A stretch of 64,000 nt of DNA from Saprospiraceae bacterium. GTDB lineage: Bacteria > Bacteroidota > Bacteroidia > Chitinophagales > Saprospiraceae. The position numbers and the translations under genes were made by a program. Positions 43,405 through 52,800 of the stretch are shown piece by piece. Within the stretch, counting starts at the first letter, position 1. Every line of letters begins with the position of its first letter. Below the pieces are notes generated by a model that had not been told where the DNA came from, searched no databases, and saw only the letters and a list, made by a program, of their open reading frames with translations. The DNA lies in assembly GCA_016787285.1 (NCBI GenBank), contig JAEUUV010000242.1, positions 8,905 to 72,904 of the forward strand. The letters are read 5' to 3'.

Positions 43405-44160
43405 CTAAATCGGACATTTTTCGCGGTACACGGCGGCCAGAATTCCCGTCGCCACCGCTGCGTTGAGCGATTCCGCTTCGCTGCCCGGTGCTCGCGGAAT
43501 GGTCAACCGCTTCGTCAGCCGGCGTTCAGTCTCCGCCTGCATCCCGCTGCCCTCCCCGCCGACAACTAACAAATCGTTGCCGGCATACTGCGCCCCGAAC
43601 GCGTTTTCTCCATCCAGCACGGCGCCGAGCACCGCACTGTCGGGGGCGATGGCCAGCACCGACTCCAGTTCCATTTCGTACACCGGCATCCGGAAAATAG
43701 CGCCCATGCTGGCCTGCACGACCTTTGGGCTGAACACATCGGCACAGTCGGGCGAACAAAAAACAGCGGAAAAGCCAAACCAGTCGGCCACGCGCAGGAT
43801 GGTGCCGAGGTTGCCGGGGTCGCGAATACCGTCGAGGAAAAAGGCGCCGTTGGCCCAGGGCACAGGAGTAGCCGTCGGCATTTCGGCCACCGCCAGCACC
43901 TGCTGCGGCGTGGTCAGCGACGAAATTTTTTTTAATTCCGACTCCGATACAGGCTGAAAGACGGGCCAATACGGCTCCAGCAACGCTGCGTGTTCCTCGG
44001 CCCAAGGTTCCAGCGCGTACAGGGCAACTGTCCGCACGTGTGTTTGCGTCAAGAGTTCGGCTACCATTTTGGCGCCTTCCACAGTGAAATTTCGATACTT
44101 TTGCCGGTACTTTTTCACCTGAAGGGCAGTCAGGAATTTTGATTGGCTGGCAGATAACAT
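43405..44160 (-). CDS. TrmH/SpoU-family RNA 2'-O-methyltransferase
   Basis: The ATG at 44160. The SpoU C-terminal knot motifs are present (GNLGTILR, LVVGGEGSG, ESLNAAVATGI). Confidence 0.8.
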   Translation of the reverse strand: MLSASQSKFLTALQVKKYRQKYRNFTVEGAKMVAELLTQTHVRTVALYALEPWAEEHAALLEPYWPVFQPVSESELKKISSLTTPQQVLAVAEMPTATPVPWANGAFFLDGIRDPGNLGTILRVADWFGFSAVFCSPDCADVFSPKVVQASMGAIFRMPVYEMELESVLAIAPDSAVLGAVLDGENAFGAQYAGNDLLVVGGEGSGMQAETERRLTKRLTIPRAPGSEAESLNAAVATGILAAVYREKCPI

Positions 44161-44222
44161 AGCGGTGCTGGTTTGCAACGGGTTGAACCGGTTTTTCACA
44201 GTGCTTCCATTGGCAGTTCAGT

Positions 44223-46718
44223 ATGCGAATTTTCGTGCGATTTAACAATTTTGGTCATAAAACAGGCTCCAAACTCCGTGCCCCCCTCCCATCGGCGCCG
44301 CTCGTTGCATTGATGTTGGCCTGTCTTTTTTGCGCGTGCAATATTACCAAGTATGTGGACAAGAGCCAAGGCCCGCCCCTGTTGCGCAAAAACAACCTCG
44401 AACTGAAAAGCCCGGAAAAACTGCCGCTTTCCGTACGCGCGCCGCTCACGTACGAACTGAGCGCCCTGTACCGGCAAAAACCAAACGAACTGAGCCTCAT
44501 GGCACTTCGCACTCCCATGCGACTCTGGCTATATTACCAGTATCAGGATACCAGTTCGCGGTTTGCCAAATGGATTATGAAAAAAGTGGCCGAGCCGCCG
44601 GTTTTTTTTGACGAGGCGCTTACCGCCCGAACCAACAACAACATCCAGAACTACATGCGGCAACGGGGGTACTTCAATGCCGTCAGTACCTACTCGGTGC
44701 AGTACTCCGACAAGCGATTTTACTACGGCGACGACCTGTATTTTGATCCGAAACGGGATTCGCACAGGGTGCACAGCAATGCTACGGTGACCTATCACCT
44801 CGACCTCGGCCATTTGCTCCGAATTGATACCGTGGAGTTTATTAGTCGCGACACGCAGGCATTGCAGGTTTTGCAGGAAACGCGCGGTCGCTCCCTGCTC
44901 AAAACCGGCGGAGCGCTCGACGGCCAAACCTTCGAGTCTGAAAAAGGCCGGATCACTGCCGCCATGCGAAACCGGGGCTACGCCTACTTTGTGCCCCAGT
45001 TTGTGGAATTCACGGGAGACAGCACCGGCTCGAAAACCAACGTGACGGTGGAAGTGCTCCCGCAGGACGACTCCACCATGCACAAAACGTACACGATCGG
45101 TACTGTGACCGTCTTTTCCGATCTGGTGCCCGACCTGAATAGCGTGCGACAGGACACCACCATTGACGGCATTTATTTCGCTTCCTCCTCGCAGCATTTT
45201 GACATAAAACCCTCTCGGCTGCGCAAGTCTATTGCCGTAACGCCCGGGCAACTGTACCGACAGGAAGACCTCGACGAAACAGCCCGAAACCTGAACGCCC
45301 TCGGTATTTTCCGATTCGTGACGATCCGCCCGCTACAGGACAGTTTGCAGCCCGATAAAATCAATGTGACCGTTTCTTTTCTGCTGAACAAACGTCTGGC
45401 TATCGGTTACGGTCTGGAAATGAACTCGTCCACCAACTCCGGCAGTGATCTGGCAGGCCGGCTGTTGGGCGTTTCGGCCAACTTCTCGGCACTTAACCGA
45501 AACCTCCTGCGCGGCGCTGAACTCATCCGCACCGATCTTGCCTACAGCCTCGAATTTGACCTCGCAGCCCAGCGCGAACGCCTGATTTTTTCGCAACAAT
45601 TCAAAATCCAGAATGAACTGACATTCCCCCGGTATTTCGACTACCTCGGATTCTGGAACCGGATGCACCGCTGGAAACTGCTGAAAACCTCCCTGTATGA
45701 GCGCATGAAAAGCGACGGACAAGTGCGCGTGGGTCTCAATTACAACTACCTCGACCTTCGCGGATTTTATGTGTACAACCTGCTGAATGCCTCTTTCGGC
45801 TATACCGTGCGCTCCGACGCCGAGCACCAGTACACGTTCGACAACATCGGAATTGACGTTCTGCGCCCGACACTGCAACCGGGTTTCGACAGTATTTTCG
45901 GGCAAAACGAGTTCCTGCGTCTGAGTTTTGGCAACCAGTTGTTCAGCGGCTTTTTGTTGCGGTCGTTTACCTACACCTACGCGAGCCGGACGAACGCCTT
46001 CGGCGAGCGCTGGTTTCTGCGGCTGAATGCCGAGATGTCCGGACTGGAAGAACTCGTACTCAACCAACTGTGGTCTATCCCGTTCAAAAAACAAACCTGG
46101 ACAATCGCCGACCTCGAATTTTCCAAATATGCCCGGCTGGACGTGAGCGGAAATTATACCCGCGATTTCACCAAAGACTTTACAGCAGTCGTTCGGATGA
46201 GCGCAGGTATCGCTACTGCCTACGGCGACACCAAAGGGGTGCCCTTCGTGAAACAATTTTTCGTGGGTGGCCCGTCCAGCATTCGCGCCTGGCGCATACG
46301 CGAATTAGGCCCGGGAGGCTACTACGTGCTTGACGAATCGTGCAACTGCGCTGCCGTTGCTCAGCAGCCTTTTTTCCAGGCCGCCGATTTTCGTTTTGAG
46401 TTCAATGCCGAACTCCGTTTTCCGCTTTTTTGGTGGATGAAAGGCGCCGTATTTGTAGACGGCGGCAACATTTGGACCCTCAAACCCGACGCCGACCGCC
46501 CCAATGCCGAGATACGCTGGGATTCGTACAAGAATATCGCACTCGGCACCGGCTTTGGGTTACGATTTGATTTCAATTACTTTGTGTTTCGTTTCGACTG
46601 GGGCCTGAAACTCCGACGACCGTTCAAAACCCCGACACAAGGGTACTGGGTGGACTGGACCAAAACAAACTGGTCGGAACTCAGTAATTTCAATATTGCC
46701 GTAGGGTACCCATTTTAG
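44223..46718 (+). CDS. BamA/TamA-family outer-membrane protein
   Basis: 831 aa. The C-terminal Omp85 barrel carries FFVGGPSSIRAW and ends in F. The start is uncertain, with an alternative ATG at 44313. Confidence 0.75.
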   Translation: MRIFVRFNNFGHKTGSKLRAPLPSAPLVALMLACLFCACNITKYVDKSQGPPLLRKNNLELKSPEKLPLSVRAPLTYELSALYRQKPNELSLMALRTPMRLWLYYQYQDTSSRFAKWIMKKVAEPPVFFDEALTARTNNNIQNYMRQRGYFNAVSTYSVQYSDKRFYYGDDLYFDPKRDSHRVHSNATVTYHLDLGHLLRIDTVEFISRDTQALQVLQETRGRSLLKTGGALDGQTFESEKGRITAAMRNRGYAYFVPQFVEFTGDSTGSKTNVTVEVLPQDDSTMHKTYTIGTVTVFSDLVPDLNSVRQDTTIDGIYFASSSQHFDIKPSRLRKSIAVTPGQLYRQEDLDETARNLNALGIFRFVTIRPLQDSLQPDKINVTVSFLLNKRLAIGYGLEMNSSTNSGSDLAGRLLGVSANFSALNRNLLRGAELIRTDLAYSLEFDLAAQRERLIFSQQFKIQNELTFPRYFDYLGFWNRMHRWKLLKTSLYERMKSDGQVRVGLNYNYLDLRGFYVYNLLNASFGYTVRSDAEHQYTFDNIGIDVLRPTLQPGFDSIFGQNEFLRLSFGNQLFSGFLLRSFTYTYASRTNAFGERWFLRLNAEMSGLEELVLNQLWSIPFKKQTWTIADLEFSKYARLDVSGNYTRDFTKDFTAVVRMSAGIATAYGDTKGVPFVKQFFVGGPSSIRAWRIRELGPGGYYVLDESCNCAAVAQQPFFQAADFRFEFNAELRFPLFWWMKGAVFVDGGNIWTLKPDADRPNAEIRWDSYKNIALGTGFGLRFDFNYFVFRFDWGLKLRRPFKTPTQGYWVDWTKTNWSELSNFNIAVGYPF

Positions 46719-46721
46719 TAG

Positions 46722-46756
46722 TTTTGAGTTTTGAGTTTTGGGTTTTGAGTTTTGAG
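46722..46756. repeat. Tandem heptamer repeat, TTTTGAG four times plus TTTTGGG once
   Basis: Five contiguous heptamers starting 4 nt after the BamA-like stop codon. Confidence 0.9.
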
Positions 46757-46801
46757 TGGGGGGTGAAATGACTGATAGGAATAAACTAATTGCCAACCGA
46801 T

Positions 46802-47458
46802 ATGGCTTACATACTTGACGCTGTAAAAGAACACCTTGATCCTGAATTCATTGCCGAGGCCTCTGAAGCGCTTCGGGAAGGAGAAACACAAACGGCCCGG
46901 GCGCTGCATGCCTGGAGTGCCACAATCCTGGCCGGCCTGCTGAACCACGTAGAAAACCCCAAGGCGATGGGGCGCATTTACCATGGGCTGGACAATTTTC
47001 CTGCCAACCTGACGGCACAACCCAAATTGCTGCTGCGCTCGGGGAATCTGGCCCACAACGATCCCCGGGAGGTTTCCGGTCATTTGCTGGGACAATTGTT
47101 TGGACAAAAAATACAGGCGCTGAACGGCAGCATTGCCCACCTTTCGGGCGCCGCACCAAAAGTTGTATCCGAAACGCTCGGGATCGCAGGCCCCATGGTA
47201 CTCAGTGCACTTGGCCAACGTCTTCGAGCCGGCGAACTCAGCGTGCCCGGGCTTGCCAATCTGTTGCGTGCCGAACAACCGCGCATCGCCTCCATGCTCC
47301 CGGCAGAATTAGCCGAAATTCTTGGTTCGAGCGTACTGGAGGCGCCGGATTCCGAACAAGTCGAGCCGGCGGTGGGCAACGCATGGGGATGGGCCATGCT
47401 GTTGCTGGTCGGTATCGCTGCGGCCCTGCTCGTGGGGGTTCGGCAATGCGGGGTATAG
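46802..47458 (+). CDS. DUF937-domain protein with a C-terminal TM anchor
   Basis: The ATG at 46802 gives MAYILDAVKEHLDPEFIAEAS...ILAGLLNH, a pattern typical of DUF937. Confidence 0.6.
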   Translation: MAYILDAVKEHLDPEFIAEASEALREGETQTARALHAWSATILAGLLNHVENPKAMGRIYHGLDNFPANLTAQPKLLLRSGNLAHNDPREVSGHLLGQLFGQKIQALNGSIAHLSGAAPKVVSETLGIAGPMVLSALGQRLRAGELSVPGLANLLRAEQPRIASMLPAELAEILGSSVLEAPDSEQVEPAVGNAWGWAMLLLVGIAAALLVGVRQCGV

Positions 47459-47572
47459 CCGGCCTTTGTCATTTCGAAGAACTCCGTTCGCTCTCCTCTG
47501 TCCGGGTTTCGACTAAGCAGCAGACGCATCTACCCCTTTTTTACCTTGCTCACATCCTAAACTGCAAATCGC

Positions 47573-48361
47573 TTGAATTTCATCAAAAACTCGTTGCGCC
47601 GCTGGTATCGGGACCTGCCCAAAACGGAGTCCGGCAACCCGCGCTGGGGCTTGTACCTCCGCCGGCTGGTCATCCGGCTTACGCTCTGGTTCTTCGGGAT
47701 TACCATCGGAGTTACACTCCTGTACCGATTTATCCCGGTGCCCTGCACACCGCTGATGGTCATCCGGTGGTTCGAGCAGGCCAACGACCCCGACCGGGAA
47801 ACGCGCTGGAAAAAAGACTGGGTCTCCTTCGAGGAACTCTCCCCCCGGCTCCAGTTGGCAGTGGTGTGCGCCGAAGACCAGGAATTTCTGGAACACGCCG
47901 GCTTCGATCTTCAGGCCATTGAAAAAGCATACAAATACAATAAAAAAGGGCGCAGAATCCGGGGCGCCAGCACGATCAGCCAACAAACAGCCAAAAACGT
48001 ATTCCTCTGGCCGGCGCGCTCCTGGGTGCGAAAAGGCCTGGAGGTGTATTTCACGTTCCTGATCGAGGTGCTCTGGAGCAAAGAGCGGATTATGACCGTG
48101 TACCTGAACGTGATCGAATTCGGCGACGGCATCTACGGGGCCGAGGCCGCCTCGCAACATTATTTCAAAAAAAGCGCGAAAGACCTGAACACCGAGCAGG
48201 CCGCACTGCTCGCAGCCGTACTACCCAATCCGCTGAAACGAAACCCGGCCAAACCTTCCGGCCTTGTCCGCAACCGCAAGCAGTGGATCATTGCCCAGAT
48301 GCGGATGTGGGGCATGAAAATTGACTTCGACGAACCAAACACCCCCCGAAAAATCAATTGA
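47573..48361 (+). CDS. mtgA: Monofunctional peptidoglycan glycosyltransferase
   Basis: EDQEFLEHAGFD and GASTISQQTAKN are GT51 motifs. The tracked start codon is TTG, so the start is uncertain. Confidence 0.85.
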   Translation: MNFIKNSLRRWYRDLPKTESGNPRWGLYLRRLVIRLTLWFFGITIGVTLLYRFIPVPCTPLMVIRWFEQANDPDRETRWKKDWVSFEELSPRLQLAVVCAEDQEFLEHAGFDLQAIEKAYKYNKKGRRIRGASTISQQTAKNVFLWPARSWVRKGLEVYFTFLIEVLWSKERIMTVYLNVIEFGDGIYGAEAASQHYFKKSAKDLNTEQAALLAAVLPNPLKRNPAKPSGLVRNRKQWIIAQMRMWGMKIDFDEPNTPRKIN

Positions 48362-48401
48362 GCGCGGCTTCCGGCTTTTTTCCAGATCAAACCTGCTTTC
48401 C

Positions 48402-49649
48402 ATGACACGCATATTCGTCCTTCTGCTGAGCCTCGGCTCCGCCACCTTGCAAGCCCAAAACACTCAGGCAGTGTACCAATTCATCAACGGAAACTGGTTC
48501 GACGGCGCCCGCTTTGCCGAAGCCAACTGGTATAGCGTGGGCGGTAAACTGACCCAAAAAACACCGGCCAAAGTGGACTCGGTCATTGACCTCGGCCACC
48601 GCTGGGTAGTGCCCCCCCTGGGCGATGCATTCTGTTCCAGCCTGTCGGAACATTCGTTCATTCGCCAGCACGTGGAGGCTTACACTGCCGACGGGGTGTT
48701 TTACCTCCAGATACTGGCTAACACACAGGAAGACCGTAAAAAAGCCACGGCCCAACTCGGAAAACCGGACAGCCCGGAAGCCGTTTTTGCCAACGGCGGT
48801 TTCACCTGCACGCTCGGCCACCCGTTTTTGACCTACGAAGCCCCGGCGCAGGGAGTGCGCAACCCTACCGACATTGCCGGCAAATACGCCGTTATTCGTG
48901 AGGGCCGCACCATGCACGGCAACGGCTACTGGTTTGTGGACAGCAAAAAAGGTGTAGACAACATCTGGAAAGACGTCATGGCGCAGTCTCCCGGAGTAAT
49001 CTCGATCTACCTCCTTGATGCCCAACACAGCGGCGGCAAAGAAAACAGGGGCCTGTCTGCCGACGCTGCGAAGGCTGTGGTAAAAAAGGCGCACAAGTCC
49101 GGACTACGTGTATTTGCCCATGTTGAAACGGCCGAAGATGTCCGCCTGGGACTACAAATCGGGGTGGACGGTTTCGCCAACCTGCCGGGCCACCAGTGGG
49201 ACGGCACCGGCGACGGTAAAAAATACGAACTCAGCGACGAGGATTTGAAAAGCCTTGCCAAAAAGAAAACGCCCGTGGTAGCCCTGTTCTCCCACGCGCA
49301 AACCCGGGCCAACCGCCCCAATGCCGACGAAATTCAGGCAGCCTTGCTGAAGCGCCTGTTTGCCCACGGCGTCAATGTCGTGATCGGTACCGATGACCCG
49401 CAACGCGCCCTCCGCTCGGAAATTAACTACTGGTTTCCGCTCAAAGACCTGGATTACGCGCAAGCCATCCAGGTTTTTTGCACCAATACGCCACAAGCCA
49501 TTTTCCCGAAAAGAAAAATCGGCCGGTTTGCCGAAGGCTACGAAGCCAGTTTCCTCGTCCTGAACGGCGACCCGCTCCAGAACCTGCTGAAGTTGCGAGA
49601 TATTGCGTTCAAGGTTCGGCAAGGGGTTCTGCTGAAGGTTTCTGGTTAG
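48402..49649 (+). CDS. Amidohydrolase-family secreted protein
   Basis: The ATG at 48402 gives the signal peptide MTRIFVLLLSLGSATLQAQ. The motifs VFAHVE and VIGTDD are typical of a metal-dependent hydrolase barrel. Confidence 0.6.
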   Translation: MTRIFVLLLSLGSATLQAQNTQAVYQFINGNWFDGARFAEANWYSVGGKLTQKTPAKVDSVIDLGHRWVVPPLGDAFCSSLSEHSFIRQHVEAYTADGVFYLQILANTQEDRKKATAQLGKPDSPEAVFANGGFTCTLGHPFLTYEAPAQGVRNPTDIAGKYAVIREGRTMHGNGYWFVDSKKGVDNIWKDVMAQSPGVISIYLLDAQHSGGKENRGLSADAAKAVVKKAHKSGLRVFAHVETAEDVRLGLQIGVDGFANLPGHQWDGTGDGKKYELSDEDLKSLAKKKTPVVALFSHAQTRANRPNADEIQAALLKRLFAHGVNVVIGTDDPQRALRSEINYWFPLKDLDYAQAIQVFCTNTPQAIFPKRKIGRFAEGYEASFLVLNGDPLQNLLKLRDIAFKVRQGVLLKVSG

Positions 49650-49685
49650 AAGGTTGGAAGGTTTCTGGTTGGAAGGTTTCTGGTT
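49634..49685. repeat. Tandem (G)GAAGGTTTCTGGTT 15-mers followed by a T-run
   Basis: Copies at 49634-49647, 49656-49670 and 49671-49685, with a partial copy at 49648-49655, then nine T. The first copy overlaps the stop codon. Confidence 0.9.
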
Positions 49686-49763
49686 TTTTTTTGCAGCTGT
49701 GGACGGAATGCCAATGGATGCAAAATGGCAGGGCTGTTTGGCTCAAGTGAAGAAGGCTCATAC

Positions 49764-49855
49764 GACGAATTTGTCATCGGATGAATGCGTAGCCGCGAAT
49801 GGCAGGCCATTTCCAGTTTGGCTACGCACTCGTCAGACGACAAATTCGTCTGACG
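49764..49855. repeat. Structured intergenic element with 31-nt imperfect inverted arms and a competing 10-bp hairpin
   Basis: Arms 49764-49794 and 49820-49850 match at 27 of 31 positions. The local hairpin is CGTCAGACGA-CAAAT-TCGTCTGACG at 49831-49855. Confidence 0.8.
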
Positions 49856-49892
49856 AGATTTAAACCCTCAAACCAGTAACCTCCTAACCTCC

Positions 49893-52800
49893 TTACCACT
49901 TGCGCCCGTTTTTCACGCGGTTCACAAACGCGTCTGCGAGCGCCGGGTTGGCTGCTACCACTTCATAAATTTCCCCGTTGGGCATTTTGATCTGGGTTTC
50001 CTTGGCTTTCAACCCGAGCAGGGCGTCGTTGAAACGCGTACTGCTTGACACCACGTTGAGTGCGCCCGCCTGATAGCCAAAGAAATACCACAGGTCGGCA
50101 GAAGCCTTGATGTACAGGTAAAAACGGTCGTCCTCGTTGCCCGGCATCTTGTACTCCACGAAGGCGTTGAGCATCTTCTGGATCGGTTCGCCGTTGATGG
50201 ACACGACGGGAATGCGGTCTTCCACACTCAGGAACGACTGGTACTCGGGGTTCCAGATGACCGGGTGGCGGCCCAACAGAAAGGCAAACTTGTTGTCTTT
50301 TTTGGGCAGATTCAGGAAGTTACTGTTCAGGTTGTTCAGGGCTTCCTCCCGGTCTTTTTCGTCGGGAATAAACTCGCTGAGCGCCGGGCGGTAAAAAGCC
50401 TGCTGCGTGTTGAACGGCGGCGCCTGCGCATCAAACGTGGCGGCGCGTATCTCGTTGAGCATCATTTCCATCAACACCTTGGGCACGGTGATGTCCATAC
50501 CGGTCATAAACTCGCCGGTGACTACAAAACTGGCCGTATCCGGAATGTTGTAGTCGGTTTTCAGTCGCCCGGCAGCCTTCACTTTCATGTATTCCAGGCC
50601 ACTGCCGATGCTGAGCGGGCCTTCGGCATTCAGCACGCCGGTTTTATTTTCGTACACCATTTTTGGCCCCACGAGCACGGAGGGCGTCGTCACACGCGCC
50701 GAGTCGCCGAACGTGAAGCGGTCGTTTTGCGGGTCGTACTTGAACACGCCCTCGCCGTTGATGATCGGCCGGTCGGTGCGTGCGTAAGGGCCTTGCAGGA
50801 TGCGGGGATAAAGTTCGCCCGTTTCCTTTGACTGGAAAAAGCCGAGGAAGAGCGGTTCGTCTTCGGCGTTTTTGATGTTTTTCACCCGCACCACCGGGTC
50901 GTTTTTGTCCACCTCCGAATACACGCTGAACCAGGGATTTTCCACAAAATCGGTTTTGATTTTGGCCAGGCCCTCGAAGCGAAGGTTCTGCTGGTTGGCG
51001 CTCAGGATGACCGTGCCGGCAAAAAGCGTTTTCACGTCCATGTAAAAACTGTCGGCGGCTTTCACTTCGCCGCTGGCGGTGGTAAGCACGTTTTTGGTGG
51101 CCGGCGTACCGGGGCCGCGCCGCTCGCCGATGATGTTGTTGAAAAATATTTCCTGCGTGTGATCGGGGATGTTGTACTCGTAGTAGCCGGTGGCCTTATA
51201 CAGTTTTTTGCCGAGAATGCCCACCGTGGCGCGGTTGATCGTGTGGTATTTGCTCACCGTGTCGGCCAGAATTTTGGCGTTTTCGATCTGTTTCATCAAA
51301 CCGCCGGCCTGAATTTCAATCTTCCCGTCGCTGGTGTAAATGAAGGCATCGGCGGACTTGATGACCTCCACACCGCCGATCTTCAACTGGCTGTTTTTCA
51401 TGTCGTACAAAGCCGTTTTCCCCTTGAACTGGAGTGTATCCTGGTCGGGATCAATGGATACGAAGTTGCCCGGCTCTTTTTCGTCGCTCTTGAACGTCAC
51501 GGTTTGGGCTTTCATGTCCCAGGTAAATTCGTTCATGGAGGTTCTGTACTTGTTGAGCGGCAGCGTGGTGGACGACTCGGCAGTGTTGGCTTTGAAGTCG
51601 CCGATCTGGCGGTCGAAGTCAAGTTCGCCGCGCACATTCCGCGAGTCGAACACAATGCCCTCGCCGCTGAGCGCCTTGATCTGGAGATCGGCGGTATCCG
51701 AACTGGCCTGGAACGGTCCGTAGGAAATCACGCGGGAGGTCAGTTTGCCGCCAAACCACTCAAATTCGCCCCGGCCTTTCAGGCCCGAAGGCGTGAGCAC
51801 AAGCACGCCGTTGTGGTTGTAGCCGGGCGCCTTGAACAGGTCGAATGCCTTGGCTTTACTTTCCACGTACATGGAATCGCGGTAGGGCAACCAGTTCACT
51901 TTCACGTCCTCGCCGCGGGCTTGCGGCACTTTCACCGCACTTTGCCGGTCTTCTTCCATGAAAAAGGTGCGGGCCGTGCAGGTCATTTGTTTGGGTCGGA
52001 ACACGATGTCTTCAGATACGATGTCGGCGGTGAGGTACTCCACCGTGCCTTTGCCGAGGAAGCCTTTGTTGCTGAGGTCGAGTTTGCCGGTATAGTTGCC
52101 TTTTTTGGAATAGGTAGGATAGCCCTTCTGAGGGGTTTGGTGGATGAAACCGAAGGATTTGTCTTCGGTTCGCACGATGATTGTTTCCCGGAAAGGAGCA
52201 AAAATATCAGCCGAAGTCATCTCACCTTTGAACTTGAGCATATCGGCGGTGTAACTGTCCAGACCGTTGAAGGAGAAGGGGTCAAGTTTGAAATAAAACG
52301 AGTCGCGGGTGTACGCGCCGCCCTGAATGCTTGAGCGGTCGTAGAATACGAACGAGTGTTTTTTGGATTGCAGGGACGGGAAAATAGCGAGGTCTTCCTT
52401 ACCGGATTTGTTGTTGGGCGCGTCTACGAGCAGGATACCGGACACGTACTCAACCGTCGAGTTCATGGCGTCGGCAATGGGTCTGCCGTTTACGTCATCC
52501 TTGCCGGTGGGCAGGTAAAAATCGAGGTTTTGCACCGAGTCGAATTCAACATGGAATTTGTTGTAATCGAAGTACATGTCCTTGCCTTCAAAGAGGGCAA
52601 AACCCGCAAACAACCTGCCGCCGAAACGCATGTCGCGGTTTTCCAGCAGGGTCAAGGTTTTGGCCTGTGGAATGAATCCCACCTTTTGCCGCTCGCTGAG
52701 TTCGATGCGTTTGACCTCGTAGATCGTCGTTTCCTTGGTTTTCAGGTTAAGGCTGGCATTGGCGCCGGTACTGACCGACTCGATTTTGATGGCGTCGTAG

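Noticed and set aside
49634-49685. Possible CRISPR array
   Set aside because: The repeats are contiguous 15-mers without spacers, and no cas genes are present.
49646-49863. 65- and 69-aa ORFs in the convergent spacer
   Set aside because: They are built from repeat and hairpin sequence and have no start-codon context or plausible protein features.
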